From the NCBI GenBank assembly GCA_051362555.1, contig CM120640.1, positions 4,712,001 to 4,776,000 of the forward strand: 64,000 bases of DNA, in the 5' to 3' direction. Below are positions 10,817-25,800 of the stretch, in pieces (position 1 is the stretch's first letter; every line of letters begins with the position of its first letter). The position numbers were made by a program, and so were the translations under genes. This DNA is from Lingula anatina. Taxonomy: Eukaryota; Animalia; Brachiopoda. The notes below the pieces were generated by a model. The model was not told where the DNA came from, did not search any database, and saw only the letters and a list, made by a program, of their open reading frames with translations.

Positions 10817-13800
10817 TTAGTAGAGTGACTGCATTCCTGAATTTTCAAACTCAGTCCATGCATCATTTAACTCCATGAATATCAATTTTGCCAGGTTTTC
10901 CTGAGGAGTTCCAGTGAGCTAAAAATATAAAAATAATGACAGATTTGTATTAATAAAATAATTATCATTTCATGTTTTAATACATGAAACAAAATGTATT
11001 CAATTCCTCTCCAGATAACAACTGTCATACAGACGGGAAGAGTATTATCAAGTTAATACATTTCACATGGGAAACTTGAACCAAACAGCTATTCTTTGCT
11101 GGGTCTATAAATATATAATCTATACTTACTTTATCAGGATGTATAACTAAGACTGCTTTCCTGTATGCTTTCTTCACTTGTTCTGGTGTCACCAAGTCAT
11201 GCATGCCAACATCTTTCCACCTGTTTTCACCTTCCCAAAGTACAGAGTTCATAGAGCCAAGAAGGGCGCGGATATTGCGTTCTTTACCTTCTACCCACTC
11301 CTTGACCTGCAAATGTTAAAACAATACCACTAAGAATCAAAAAAATTGGGGATGATGCATTCTGGAAATGTCACCATTTTTACCTCAGGAAATTATATAT
11401 ATATAATATAACACACACACACACACACATATAAATGAAAACACAAACAGATGCAGACGGTTGTCATAAAAGAGACTGTTTACAAGAATAGTACATTCAA
11501 TTAACAAGTTTGTGAAAATGGTTTATTTGGCAGTATTGTCACTGCTGTCATTATTGTTATCCAGGGTTATCAACACTACACCTGCAAATTTTGTTGAAAA
11601 ACACCAGACTCTACCTTTAGCATCTCAGGATCCATTATCTGGGCTTGCACATCTTTTCTCATTTCTTTGATCGTCTTAGGCTCATTTTTACTAGAGGATG
11701 CTGAAAACCCGTGAGTTCCCAGCAGGTCTTCAAATGTATTTTTGGTCATCTGTGGTTTTTCATAACCTACATTCATGAAAAGAAAATTCCATGTTTTAAA
11801 TGTAATTCATCTTGAGGTGATTGTTATCAGTATTCCCTACAGCATCCTAAAGAGAATAGAACAAATAAACATGACTAAAATTTGCAAAATACACTGCAAA
11901 AGAATCAAAAACGTGTTGGAACTTCACACCTACAGGCCATGACCAACAAAAGATCCAAGGACCATGAAATTTTATTGTTCAGTTGGACCAGGAAGAAATT
12001 TTAGGGTCACCTTTGAGAATTTACAGTCAGTCCTGCAAAAGATCTTTTCAGCATTATTTCTCATAGCTGCTGGTCCGAGTGTCTGCAAGCCTACTCACCA
12101 AAAGGTTTTCTGGGTCCCCTGTCCTCTCTCCCTCCCACCACACTGGAGAACCCTCCAACATTATAGTTGGGTTTGGCAGCCTGGGGCTTCTGTTGTTCTT
12201 GTTGTTGTTGTTGTTGTTGTTGTTGTTGCAGAGGCTGAGACTGTTTTTTTGTTGGGGACTGCCATGATCCTAAAGCAAGTTGGAAAAAATGCAATAACAT
12301 CTCCTAATTACTCATAATTACTTGATGCTCAAAATAGCCACTAACAGTAAACATTTCCTAGATTGAACCAGACAGGAAGCTCAGAGAGGGTCTAATTAAG
12401 TCCACTCAAAATGTCACAATACTGATTCTTTAATAAGAAAGTTAGTAAATCAAGCACACTCAAAATAGCAGAATAATATTCCTTGGAATTAGACAGGGAG
12501 GTCAGCAAGAGGATGTAATTAAGAAATCTTTGCTAATTTTGCAAAACTATTTTTAGCACTCCTAGATCTAAATTCAAACAGATCCAATGGCCACTTAATT
12601 AACAGAGTTAACACACAGGATTGACACTTCAAAAACCTTCCAAAACAAATAAGCCATAAAGAAAGACCTACTTCGAGAAACTCGAATATATTAGAGCATG
12701 ACAAAATTATAAACAATGGTCATGAACACTCAACTTAGACTCAAATCCATAACTCAACTACAAACATTTCAAATAGTGTGTGTGTAGTCCAGTGAATACC
12801 AATAAGAATCAATCCAAAAGTTCTCATAAATAACCTGATCATGACCAGTTTCAAACTTGACCAGCATTTAAACCTCATCAAATGCTTATAGCAAAATAGA
12901 TTCAGAAATAAACTTTATGTCCTTTAGTTTATATAATACATAAAGATATACATCTGAAGGTAACAAAACTGCATTTTGATTCATAACAGCAGGGTATACT
13001 GCTTGAGAAAACAACTAAGAGGTCACTGTAATGAAAGTCCCCTTACCTCCTGCTCCTTGCATTTTTTGTTGTGACTGTCCAGCAATTGGCACATTAGGCA
13101 TTGCACTGAAACTCTGACTGCCCTTCATACCTTGTACACCAAGGCTGCCAAAGTTACCTGGCAAAATAGACACAAAGGTACCAACTTATTAAATAGTAGG
13201 CTCTTCTCGATCTGAATGGTCCCTAAAATCACCAACTTATTTCACTGTCACTTAAATGATTTTGATAAGTAATACCTACCTAAATTTGCAAAGGGATCAG
13301 CTGGTTTGGCATCAACATTTCCTCTGATGTTTTGTGAGCTGCTGTTTCTCTGCATGCCCATCCCTGCAGCAGCTGTGGTGCTGCCACTTGTGGTTTGGAA
13401 CCCCATTCCAGGGAAGCTGCTATTGCGGTGCATTCCCATCCCAAGGTGCGGCCCAAGGTGTGCCCCAAGGTGGGACCCACTACTCTGGTGGGCAGCAGTG
13501 CCATTATTTCCACCACCCATCAAATTGGCACCTGGGTTGGCATTCCAGCCGCCCCCCATTCCCCCCATGTTGGTGGCACTCCCATTCCTGGGCAAAGAGG
13601 TGGCAGTTGGATCCCAACTCCCCATCAAATCGGGACCATCTTGTGCTGTACCACTTGCTGTTGTTGTCTTGCCTCCACTGCTTCCCGTGAACCCTATGAA
13701 ATCATCATTCCCTGACTGAGATCCATGGAAGGGATCAAATGCATCAAAATGATTGGCAAAGTCTGTATCATTCTGTCCTTGTTTTGTGTTTTGAAATGTG

Positions 13801-16800
13801 TTCTGATTGGAAGATGGTTGTTGAAATGACGAGGCTGAGGAAGATGCTGGGGCAGCATCTTGAAAGGGGTCAAATGTGTCTTGACCACCCAGCAAATCTG
13901 CTGTAGTGTTGCTTTTCTCACTGCCACCGTATGAAGCTGATCCACTTAGGAGGTCAAAGTTAGAGGCTTCCGTTTCAGTGTGACCAATGTCAAACAAATT
14001 TATGTCACCAGAAGTGGTCTGTGCACTTCCCATATTCAGTAGATCCACCTGGGGCTCTGCAGGCTTGTTATCTGCAGTTGTCCGGGTAACATGGGGAGGT
14101 GGAGGTCTTGGAGGAGGCACATGATTTACCTCGTCTTCCTCACCGCTCACATCTCCAAGAAGACCTGCTCCCTCCTCTCTCTGCAAGTAGCTCTTGTTCT
14201 CCTCTTGCTGACCATGTCTTTCATTGGTAAAATCAGCAAAATCATCACTCACACGCCTGTTTCTCACATTGTCACTGGGAACATCATCCTGCCATTCAAT
14301 GGTGTCAAAGAAACTGGACTTGCCAACTTTTGTCCCTCCTTGCATGCCCTTTTGGGCATTGGCCTGACTGAAGAAGTCATTTTGGTCTTTAGATGGTGGT
14401 GGGGTTGTTACCTCCTCCTCTGAAGTTGTACTCTCAGACCGACTCATGCTTTTCTTCTGCTTAACTCCTGCAATTGAATCAATAAGCCACCATTCTAAGG
14501 TGCTAAATAATGTAAACCTTGAAACTATAGAAAAAAATATAGGAGAAATGCTGACTAGCGTTAAGACAAAAGAAAAAGTGGATGATATTAAATTGAAATT
14601 TGCCATTAACAATTTTTCCTAGGATTTATGTCATTTCAAAAGTCACATTCTTACCAAATTCTGCACACACTCTTTGGAATTCTTCCTTATTTGAAAAGAG
14701 GATTCTAGGTTTCATCTCCTTTGTATTGGCTGACTCCCATATGGGTGGTTTCTCTCCAGGTCTCCGCACACGATCTTTTGGGGCCACAGCGAGTGACAGC
14801 ACCACATTGAACAGCTCTGGGTACTTCTCTGGGTCTTCTGTCTGATCCAAGTCATACCTGAAAGTAATGGCAGATACTAAAAGACGGAACAGTGGAAGAG
14901 ACTAAAATGCAAAATACACTCAAAGGCTGAACATGTAATATGTATATTGTGGAATGAGGAAATAATGCTTAGAAAACATCAACAGAATAACAGACAATAA
15001 TAAATATATGAAATTATATAAAGTTTAAATTCTTTGGCTCCTCTTTATGAATCAGAGGTAATTAAGTATGGCCTTTATCTGAAAATTAACCTAATTAGAC
15101 TTCACCTAGTTATTCATAGATCTACTTGGATGGATAAAATCTTTCAAGTCTATCAAATGATGTGTTAACCATTTCAGTTTATATATGTATATAAATATAA
15201 AGTTTGAAACCAAATTGGAATGAAAAACCAAAATTATGTTAATCTTTAAAATCATAATGAGAAAAATCTGAGAAGGTTCATATGTCCTTTTTGTAACCAA
15301 AATTATTCTAAAAAACATTTTTAAACTCTTTAAAATATACATTCAATTTTACACTTACTTGGAAAACTTGATGTCTTTTTGATCTGACTTCAGATATCCC
15401 GTATGGAATTGAACTTGAAACATCTTGAAAGATGTTATCTGGAAATATATATTCAGTGTTCTGCCACTAAATACAGTGTAAAGCAAACTGCAAATACTGA
15501 TTAAATTCAGATAAAATGAAATAAACATAATCATCTCCAAAACAATGTAGTACAAGTAATATATAAGACACTGATTTAAGATTTCTAAAAAGAAATAAGT
15601 AGATTTTTAGTATACTTTTGTAAATATCAAAAATGTAGTAAAATTAAGGAATGAGCATATCAACTGAAAACTCTAAGTAATCGCCATACCTTTCCTTGCA
15701 CTTTCCCCCCAAAGGTAGACCTGGCATGGTAGGCCACAATGGTTACATCTCCACATACTGACACATTCAGTGGAATAACAACCTTACTGTCAGAGACATC
15801 ATACCCCCTAAAAAGAAAAGAGCAGGTAACCATCAAACTAATCACAATAAATAAATAAATAAAATAAATTAATTAATTAAATAAAATAAAACAAAAATCA
15901 ATACATCATATTTTGTTCACAGCATGAATGCACAGATGCAAAAGCTTAACAAAATTTGCCATCTGGAATAAATGAGAGTGAGGTGATTTCTCCAGACAAT
16001 GCTGACATTTTACACCACTTCTCAATAAAGCATACCCTGTTTTCTTTTAATAACTGATATTTTTTTGCTTTTTTTACTCATTATCAGCTTTATTAAACAA
16101 ATAATTTTTCAACTACAATCTGGTGTGTGAAAAACTTTTAATAATATGAAATGTCCTTCAACCTATTCTGACAGCTGGTTTGCTATAGTATACCTCATTC
16201 TATCATATTCCTGTGATGTGGATAAAACTCTTTCTTCACCAACATAGACCTCCACAAAAGGTCTACAACCAGACCTGTAAAAAAAAGTGAACGTGAACAA
16301 TAACTACACACATTTTAAAAAAGACATACCAATGAAGTTAAAACCATCAAAGGCATTGCATTTATTTAAAATTCTTTACATATTTTTAATACAACCCATA
16401 TCCTGAAAAAGGGAATGAAAAGAGAATTCCACTAAGGGCTCAGAGAGGCAATGGCTGCATCAAGAGATTGTACCACCAGCCTAAAAAGTGGTAAATGGGA
16501 CATTCCACAAAAAAGTAAGCTTTGAGTCAGCAATGCCTACATGTGGTGAAATATCTGCATACCTGCTGAATATCATTATTGGTTACTGTTGGTTTCCATC
16601 CATACCGGAGAATATCATTGTATAAAATGGCAAAAATAAGTCCAAATTATGCAGATAATACACCAAATGTGTGCAGACCACTGTAGTAACTCAATTTTTT
16701 TTCTTTCTTTTTAGGAATGACCCAAATAACATAATTTGATTGACACAACTTCTCAGTTGACACACAAATTGGTATGAACTTCAGGACACAGGATTCTCTA

Positions 16801-19800
16801 TCAAATTTACCAAGTAAAAGAATCATGTAAATATATTGCGGCCCAGATGTTTGGTGTTGGATGCAAACATACACATTTTTTTTGCAAATACAATACGTTC
16901 AACCTAATGGTAAAATTGCATAAAAGAGATCGCAGTACAATAATGACATACTATAATGGAATGGAAATGTATTTATAAGATGAACAGAAATTAATAATAA
17001 TTATAATAATAATAATTTATAAAGATTGCAACCTAGTGTGTTGAAATTGTACCTAAAATGATAACATTGCAATTAAATAAAATGCTACATGTTTGAATGA
17101 AACTAAGTTAAACGAATTCTGCACAAAAAGGGATTTACAGGCAGTATATATACAAGGTATAGATATTGCTATTAACTGTTATCTTGGCTTAACGATCTCC
17201 TGTTGACAATTTCTGCTATCAAAGTGCGTTGAACTGCGTAATATGAAAACTGCTTTTTCTTCTTGCTCAGATCACTAACCATTTCCCGCTGAAGATACAA
17301 ATAATAATATTCTTAGTTTTTCTAAATATTAGGTTGTGTATTTTCAAAAAATTTGTCAGTTGTCCACCCCTCTTTGAAAATAAAGGTCATCCAGTGATGC
17401 CTGGGCCCATTCAAATGACGACTGGACAGTGTGCTGGGAAAAGCCTTGACGCCCCGCCTAAAGAGCAATCATGGCTTTGCTGGCATCAGCCAAAGAAACT
17501 TGTACTGATCTATTCTTACCATTTGACGCAATGAGTGGCCAATTTAAATTAAACCCATTACTGTATACATACTCTGTCAAAGGAACCCGCAAATTTCACA
17601 TGAGAATTTCTGAAACTGCCATTTCAGACTTGAGATGGACATTGCAAAAAGAAAGAATATGACATTTTATAAAAAAAAGTATTCTCACCAGCGATAATTA
17701 TGAAATTCCATGGGTTTTCCAGTGAAATTCTCAAAAATCAAAATTCCAGGTTTTTCCAGGAACTTCAGGGGATGTGTACCCTGAGTGTCAGAGCAACGTA
17801 AAAGCTAGCTTGCTAAATATACCTTGTGGTGGAGTCGCTTTTACTAACTCTGAAGACCAGCGGCCATGAAAGTTTTCCATCAATCAAATAGAACTGCTCC
17901 GCAGTGAAAATGCAGTTGAATGTCATCAGACCAAAATAAAACGTAAAACAAATTTAATTCTGCTTTATTTAATTTTATTTGCTGTATTTAAGATGTAAAG
18001 TGAAAAAATAAATAATATTCTTCGGAAAAAAAAGATATATCCAATGTTTTTGTATTTTTTTGCTTATCAAAGAACATTTAGTCCTGAGATATACACGTGC
18101 ACAATACATGTGCTTGCCGTGTGCCAAATTTGACAGCTACACTGTATGCCCGATACCACTATAAGGGCTGCGCAATGGCTACACGAAAATAAGTTTTTAC
18201 AGCAGAATGTTGCTTGTATTGTGGCACTGACCTTTGACTGCAAGATATTTTCATTTCAAACTTCTAACTCCGTGTCAGACATTTTAATTGCTTCTTGTCT
18301 CGCCTGCACGAGACTTCAGCGCAAGGCGGGAAAGGCAGCTATAGGCGGCCAAACCTGTGACGTACGAGAGTTATGACTTCCAAATATGGATCCAGGCGGA
18401 CACAGCTGTGACGTGTGACTTCCAAATATGGAAGCGCCCCAGGCAGAATTTTGAAGAAGAACGCCCCCGAGTTGCCACTGTTCACTAGAGCCTGGTATTG
18501 CTACTATGGGTTATATATGAAATCAAGATCGAGCTGGCAATACCGGAATCTAGAACCTTGGGTAAGGATGTGCCAACCCTGTCATAAGTTCCTTTACAGG
18601 CAATTTTCCTATTAATCATCAAAACATGTTATGTTCAAAATATTTTTATAATATCTTATTAGTCCCTTCAGGGGAATCACAAAATTCCACAAGGGAAATT
18701 CTCCAAAATAAAAATTCCAGGTTTTTTCAGGAATTTCAGGGACTGTGCAATTCCTGTTATAAGCTAATTTATTAACAATTTTTCCATATAAATCAGCAAA
18801 ACATGTTATGTGCAAAATATTTTTACAATATCTTATTATTTGCTTTAAAGGCCAATGCACAGCATAACAAGTATGTCCTTATGGATTCTCAGACATCAGG
18901 ATATACATCTCAGACATCAGGAGGTACAATGTAGACATCAGGTATATTTCTAAGACACCAGGATATACTTCTTAGACATCAGGATATACTTCTCATGCAT
19001 CAGCTTATACTTCTTTGATACTATGTGCCAGCAAGACCTGATAAATAATATCTCCTGTACCTGCATTAACATTTAATTCATAACAGCTCACTTCACTGTA
19101 AAAGCAGGAAAATCTCCTTGTATAACTGAAGAAAACATTCCGTCACAGTAAAAAGCATGCTCTTTGGCTTGATGTAAAACTGAAGAAAACATTCTGCCAC
19201 AGTAAAAAGCATGCTCTTGCTCTTTGGCTTGAAGCTTAATTGCTAGTATAATAGAACAGGGGCCGGTTTCACAAAGCAGTAGTTAGTTAGCGATCGGTAG
19301 TTAGCCTCTCGCTAGTTATAGTGCCGTTTCACGAAGCAATCGCTAGTTCTCTCGCTCGTTATTGTCTCGTTGTTACCTTGGATATTTAACGACTGGTCAG
19401 AGCATGCGTCATGAGTGAAATAAAAAGGTTGCTTAGTTACCGTTGTCTGTCGTTTGTCTTTGTATCCAATATGGCGACGACCTTTCTTGCTATCCGTACC
19501 GCCAGACGGCAACGTAGACTACGACGTTTTCATGATAGGCAGAATCTATTAGAATATACACGCGATGATGCAATTTACGAGAGGTTGCGCCTAGCTGTGA
19601 CAAAAAGAGCGGCAAAAAGGTGGTGGATATCCTTTACGACGACCTCAAAGCAGACGTTCTAATGCATTTCCAGCCACCAAAAATTGGAGAGTTAGTGCTT
19701 TCTTGACACTTTTACGCAAGAGTTCCACTTCCGGCAGACGGTTTCGAGACTACGGTGAGTAACGAGAGAACTAACGACCGAACTTTACGACTGAACTTAG

Positions 19801-22800
19801 CGATAAGTTAACTACTGCTTCGTGAAACACCCCTCGAAAATCGCTAAGTTTGCTCATTAGCAAGGTAGTTCAGTAGTTAGTTCTTCTAACTAACTACTGC
19901 TTTGTGAAACCGGCCCCTGCTATGCTTTTGTCTTCTTAATTCTTTTTTCCTTATCTTGCCTTTTGAAATCTACACCTTATATTTTTCTTTCTGTGAAGCC
20001 CTTGGCAATAACTTATATAAAGGTTTGGACTGCAAAATCAGCATAATTGAAGAAATTAAACAATCGTTAAAAAACAACACATAGAATAAAAGTCAACTGA
20101 AGTTGATTTTGTATATACTTGCATATACAATAAAACTGAACTGAGGCCAACTTATTAAGATCCCAAGAAAACAGAAATGTTTCCAAGATGACTTAACTTC
20201 AAGGCAAATAAATTCCAAAAAGGAATCAAGAAAAATTATATAAAATTTCCCTATATGGTCTTAATGAAGAAAGTTGCATGTTTGCAAATGGCTATGGGCA
20301 TGACATACACAGGTGATGACTTATTGTTCAGATACTTAATATGTAGAACAATACACACATACCAAACTGAATAAAAGTGAAGGCTATCATAAGCTAAAGA
20401 AAAACATCTTGCATAACAATGAAAGTATTCTTAAAATTCAACCTAACAACTGAGTAACAATAACAAAAACAGAGGCTTAGTAATACTTTTCCAAAAACAC
20501 AATTTTCTTGAGAAACTAAGCACATGTATATACACACACTACATTAATTCCAAAAAATCATCCAATCAAGCTACATGTACTTTTCCTACTTAAGATGCAT
20601 TTTAGTCATAAAAATCATTCTTGTAAGTTAGAAATGATATGTAACACTGTTTTCCTTTAATAATGGTGGCAGGCTTTTGTTAATTCTTATGCAATATTAC
20701 AGAGTGTAAAACAGCATTGACCACACCATTTTTTAAAATTATTTACTTTAAATACCAACGGCATTAAGAAAATGTAACTAACAAAGGGCCTCAGGCCCAC
20801 AGGATTTAAAAGTCAGACAAAATGCCAAAATGAAAAATTCACAAAAAACTGCATAACTTCAAAAAAATAATCAAATAAAACTGTTATTTGAGCTTGACCT
20901 GTATTTTAGTGCCATAAATTACTCCAGTACATTTGAGGATATTATCTCACTTTTTTCCATAAATTGCCTTAAAGGTGAAAAGTGCACAGCAATAATGATG
21001 ACTCAGATGACAACAAATGTAGGTGACGGCAGTGGACTGCTGTTTAAAAAAAAATACAGATTGACATACTTTCACTTATTTCATCAAAAAAAGCAAAATC
21101 TGCTGTAAAATAAGAAAAGCATCACTTACTTTGTCTTATTAAATAATGGAATAGGGACCATGGTCAAACTAGACAACATCAGTGGTTTGCTATGGGGCAT
21201 GACAGGCTCTTCATTCATCATGTGACACATATAATCAATATACCTAAAAGAATAATACACCCATGTGTTAGTTTTTACATTTTTACAAAGACAAATTTAG
21301 TTCAACTGCGATGAGGGAACTTAATTTTTTCATATAAAAGTGATCTAAGTATACTGTTAAGTTGATTTCCTCAAAATCTCAAAATTTTCTGTTTTCAAAT
21401 GCAGTACCAGTCTTAACTCTCTAAAATCCTGAGCAAAAAAGTGCTTTCAAAACACCAAAGAGCAACTCTTACAGCATTGCCAAAACACAACAAAGCCTCA
21501 CAAAAAATATGTATCCTTTTCTCTAATTAAAAAATTCAAAGACATAAGAGTACCTCTTCTGAGAGGGCTGCATTGCCGGGGCACATCTTCTTACTGTGAA
21601 CAAGTGGATAGTGGAGGCAACATTGTCAAACAGTCTACAGAACACAAGGAAAGCCCCTATGACTGTAGCAGAATTAGCTTTGCCATCCTAAAAAAAAGAC
21701 CAGGTAAAACAAGTCATAAAGTGACCAGAATAAAGGAGCACTAATAAGGTAAAGATAGACATAAAATGGGGATCCAAATGAGTCAATTCACCTCTAACCA
21801 TGTATTGACTATTTAACACTTTAATTTTACATACTTTGCAAGCTGCTGCAGAAAAAATTTAAAAAGACAGTAACGGTGAATCTAAATACTGACTGAATTT
21901 ATGACAATTTTAAGTCAACAACGATCGAAATCAGATATACTTGAATAAGTACCCATGAAAACTAGCTTAATTTAGAAAACTGACTAGCAGCTTCAGAAAT
22001 ACAGTAACATGATTGCATACAACATAAACGGATATGTTCCCTTTTCAAAAAAAAAGTTAGCACATTTTGCCATCCAGTTCCTTGAAAGTGATCCCTAGAT
22101 ATCTAAATATCTTACCGTGCAGTGGACCACACACACATTCTTTGGATTCTGACGCAACCAAAGGTGCATGTTCTTACAGATGGCAAATAACGCTTGCAAT
22201 GATGGTGCTTTTTTAGCTGGCCAACCACATTCAGAGACCTTAAATTAAAATTAATTTGTTGCTAACAATTATAAGCTGGAATCAACCACACAGGCTTGTT
22301 CACAAAACACTGCATTAAAATGGGTATGTATTTATGTATCCTTCCCAGGGAGACAAGAACGTCACTCACCCCCCAGTGTGTATCTTAATCAGCCATCCAT
22401 TATATATTCATTAGTTATATTCATGTACAACGTCAACCCAATGGTTTGCAATTTTCTAATGAACTTACTAGTATTATTATTATTATTATTATTGATATTA
22501 TTTAGTAGATTTCCAGTTTAAATGAAAGGGAGCAAATGACAGAGATACCCACAGTGCATTTACATCATCATCTCAAAATCCACTCCGCTTAGAAACACAT
22601 GATATCAAGTACACCCAATGAAGCATGGTTCACTTACTCTGTTTTGAAATTTCACTGATTTGTAACTTCTTTGAGACAAATTGTACACTGCATAAGAATC
22701 AGGATGCCTGTCTTCCAGGTAATTCCTGACATCATCGATGTGATTTTTGATAGCAGACTCTACCCCTTCTGCTGGATAGGACATGACTGAACCAAAGAAG

Positions 22801-25800
22801 AAAGGTCAATGTATAAAATACAGCATATGTATACATGTATGGTCTTGAATTTCAGGTCTTTTTGGGACAACTATATTCAGTTTCCTTGATTAGGTTCTTA
22901 ATGAGTATTTTGGCAATATGCACAGAGCATGGTAACTTACCTATCAACCGCGATGTAATGTAAGCTATATCTAGGTCCCCTTTGTTCATAGTGCTGAAAA
23001 CAAATATCCCATCATTAAAAAAAATCAAAGATACTCCTCAGGGTGTACCTGAAACTATGATTTAAATATAATGCAAATAACACAAATATTCAATTAAAGG
23101 TACATTTGAACTGGATGGAGTGTGGATTCACAGAAATGCATATAAAGCACCTCTACTAGTTTCTTATACAACTCATAAAATCGACATGCTTTCCCATGTT
23201 TTCCCCCGACATTTTAGAATGAAATTTCAACATTTGGGGCTTTTATTTGAGGGGTTATATCAATTTAATGGTCTGAATCAAGAAAGACAAGTAGCTTTAG
23301 GGGATGTTTAGACATAAAATAACTTTTATTGTGAACAGTGACCTGAATACTTACGCTTGAACAGTCTCCATAACTTTAGAGGAGGCATCTTTGATATTTT
23401 TCATCAGGCTTCCAGCGCCTCCTTTAAGTGAGCTAATAAGGTTGCTGGTGGAGGACTGCCCCCCCTGGGGATAGGGCTGATACTGCTGGGGTGGGGGCCT
23501 CCTCTCTGGTGTGCCTGGGGCACTAGCTGTAACAAAGCATGAGGCCCAGGTCAGTAAACGTAGGCTTAGGTCCTCTCCCATCAAGCAGCCAGTATATTCA
23601 AATCATTCAGACTGTATTAGCTCACTTTGAGTGATTGGCAATTTAATAGATTGCTATTACATAAGGGAGTTGCCCAAATAGATCCTTCAAACTCACAATG
23701 GCCAATTAATTCATTATATGCAGTTTAACACCCCACCTTCAATAATTATCCTTCACTTTACTATCATTATTGTATCTTGTATTACTTTATTCTCTCCAGG
23801 GCGACTCCTGATTTCGCCACACAGAATAATTACTGAACATAGCAAATAATCTTTAATCTACAATTTCTATTTCCCTCATTTTCACAATGTGTGCAATCTA
23901 TAAATAAATTAAACTAAAAGAAGGAAATGAAGTTGTGGAGTACTTGCGAAAGGAAGTATACGTAACCTCCTGTGCTTCATTCACAGAATACCTTTACTTG
24001 ACTGTTTCTTCCATTTTTAACTGCTGACTTTATCAAATCCCAAAAGGAACCTTACATCAGTTTTATTAAACAGGATCCAATTGGGAAATTCTGTTACACT
24101 GACACCTGGATAAACTACCTCTGTTCTGTGGAATTCCAAAATTCAAGGGAACCTTGAGGTCAACCCCTCTGGCAACAGCTATCTCCTGCAGCCTTTCTAT
24201 CACCTCTCCAACAGCTGGCCTCTCCCTGGGATCTATCTTAAGCATGGAGCCTGAAAGCATAGAGAGGCAAAATGAATAACCCTCAGCATATTCTTTCATT
24301 TAATTTTATTGAGACAGCAAAAAAATTGTTAGTCTTGGGGGGGGGGGGGGGGGTTAGCAAATTTAGTATATTGACTAAATTGATCACATACTGTTAAAAA
24401 ATAGAAATACAGACCCCTTACAAGGAAAATAACATCAAAACATCATACATTTTTTTGCAATAGTAAAAATACTAGACGATGATAACTAATCATGGGGTGC
24501 CAAGTGATAATTACTATACTGATTATGCACTAAAAATAAAACAAGAAAAAATATACTACAATAAACAAAGTACCCCATAGACAGCTAAAATGTATTCAAA
24601 GCAATACCACACAGGTGGCTGTGAATTAACAACTTTTTAAAGAATAAAACAAGGGAAAGGCTGAGGGAAAACAAAACAAATAATTTCTTTCAAAAAAGGA
24701 AAATTATGCAACCAATATCAACTTATTTGACTTAAACATGCATTCAGCGTTATAAGCCAGTGGCTATAAAAATAAATCTTGCAAATAAAATACTGTTATA
24801 CAAAGGGATAACAACTATTCAGGAGATTTATGTTTCACAATAAAAACATTGTAAACAACTCATGGAAATAAAATTAATGCCATTTAACCAACACAACAGC
24901 AGATATAACAATTATTCTTGCCATCTGACCATGTGGGCCTTTACTGATGGCTATATCTCAGGAATAATCTCTTAAGAAATTATTACAAACAAATTTTTAA
25001 AAAAGGACTAACTTTGAATGCCTGAATGGATTCAATAACCATTGGTAACTATGGTTAAATCATCGTTTACCCAAGGAAAATCCATTTTTTTTGACCAAAA
25101 AGAACAGTTGTTATCCTTTAAACAAAAACTGATAAATGATCCCACAAACACCCAAACCTAACAGAGAATTTTTTTCTTTTATTCAAGGATATAATGGACA
25201 CCAAATTTGTGAAAAGGCACCAACTCATGTCAGAGTTTGCCCCAGACTTCAAAATATATAAGTGTATAATATCCTATGTTTGCACAAATTTTTACATCAC
25301 AATGTACAACATATAATATACATTTACTTACGTATAAGACCATGGAATACTTTGTACTTTGAGTCTGTGGCTGGAATGTTATATTTTCCATTGATTATCC
25401 TTAGCTTGGCAGAATCCTCAAAGGGATGTTCCCGGAAGCACAACATAAACAACACGCAGCCCAGTGCCTAGAAATCCAAGGGACACTGTTGTAAGACATC
25501 TAGGGCATACCATACAAGCTATTTAAATGGGAGGGGAGGTCATATTCTGAACAAGTGCACCTTGATATCCCTCACTTGTCCAACCCTGAGAAATGGCATT
25601 TAAAATAAACCTTTTTTTTATTCAGACTGGACCTTTTGAACACCAATTTACCCCCCTCCCCTCCAGAACAACCCCTGTCTACTGGCCAGCCATATAGATT
25701 CCACTGTGATAACCATAAATGGAACTTATATTCAAACAAAACTTTTTAATGCAATGCTAGAGGTTTAAAGAGGTGTGGGCCACCCCTAAGGTACAAACCA

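Noticed and set aside
13306-14423. Several 100-137 aa ORFs on +
   Set aside because: Antisense shadows of the large GAK exon.
16540-18860. Fragments with CAGGG/CAGTG-like ends and a duplicated AAATTCCAGGTTTTT..GGAA motif
   Set aside because: Probably nested hAT-like relics, but matching ends and TSDs could not be defined.
21511-21520. Second GTATCCTTTT U12-like donor
   Set aside because: On the + strand, antisense to GAK and not at an exon boundary.
21670-22135. Missing catalytic Arg in the PTEN-like CX5R motif (HCTDGKANS)
   Set aside because: Expected: GAK/auxilin PTEN-like domains are known pseudophosphatases.
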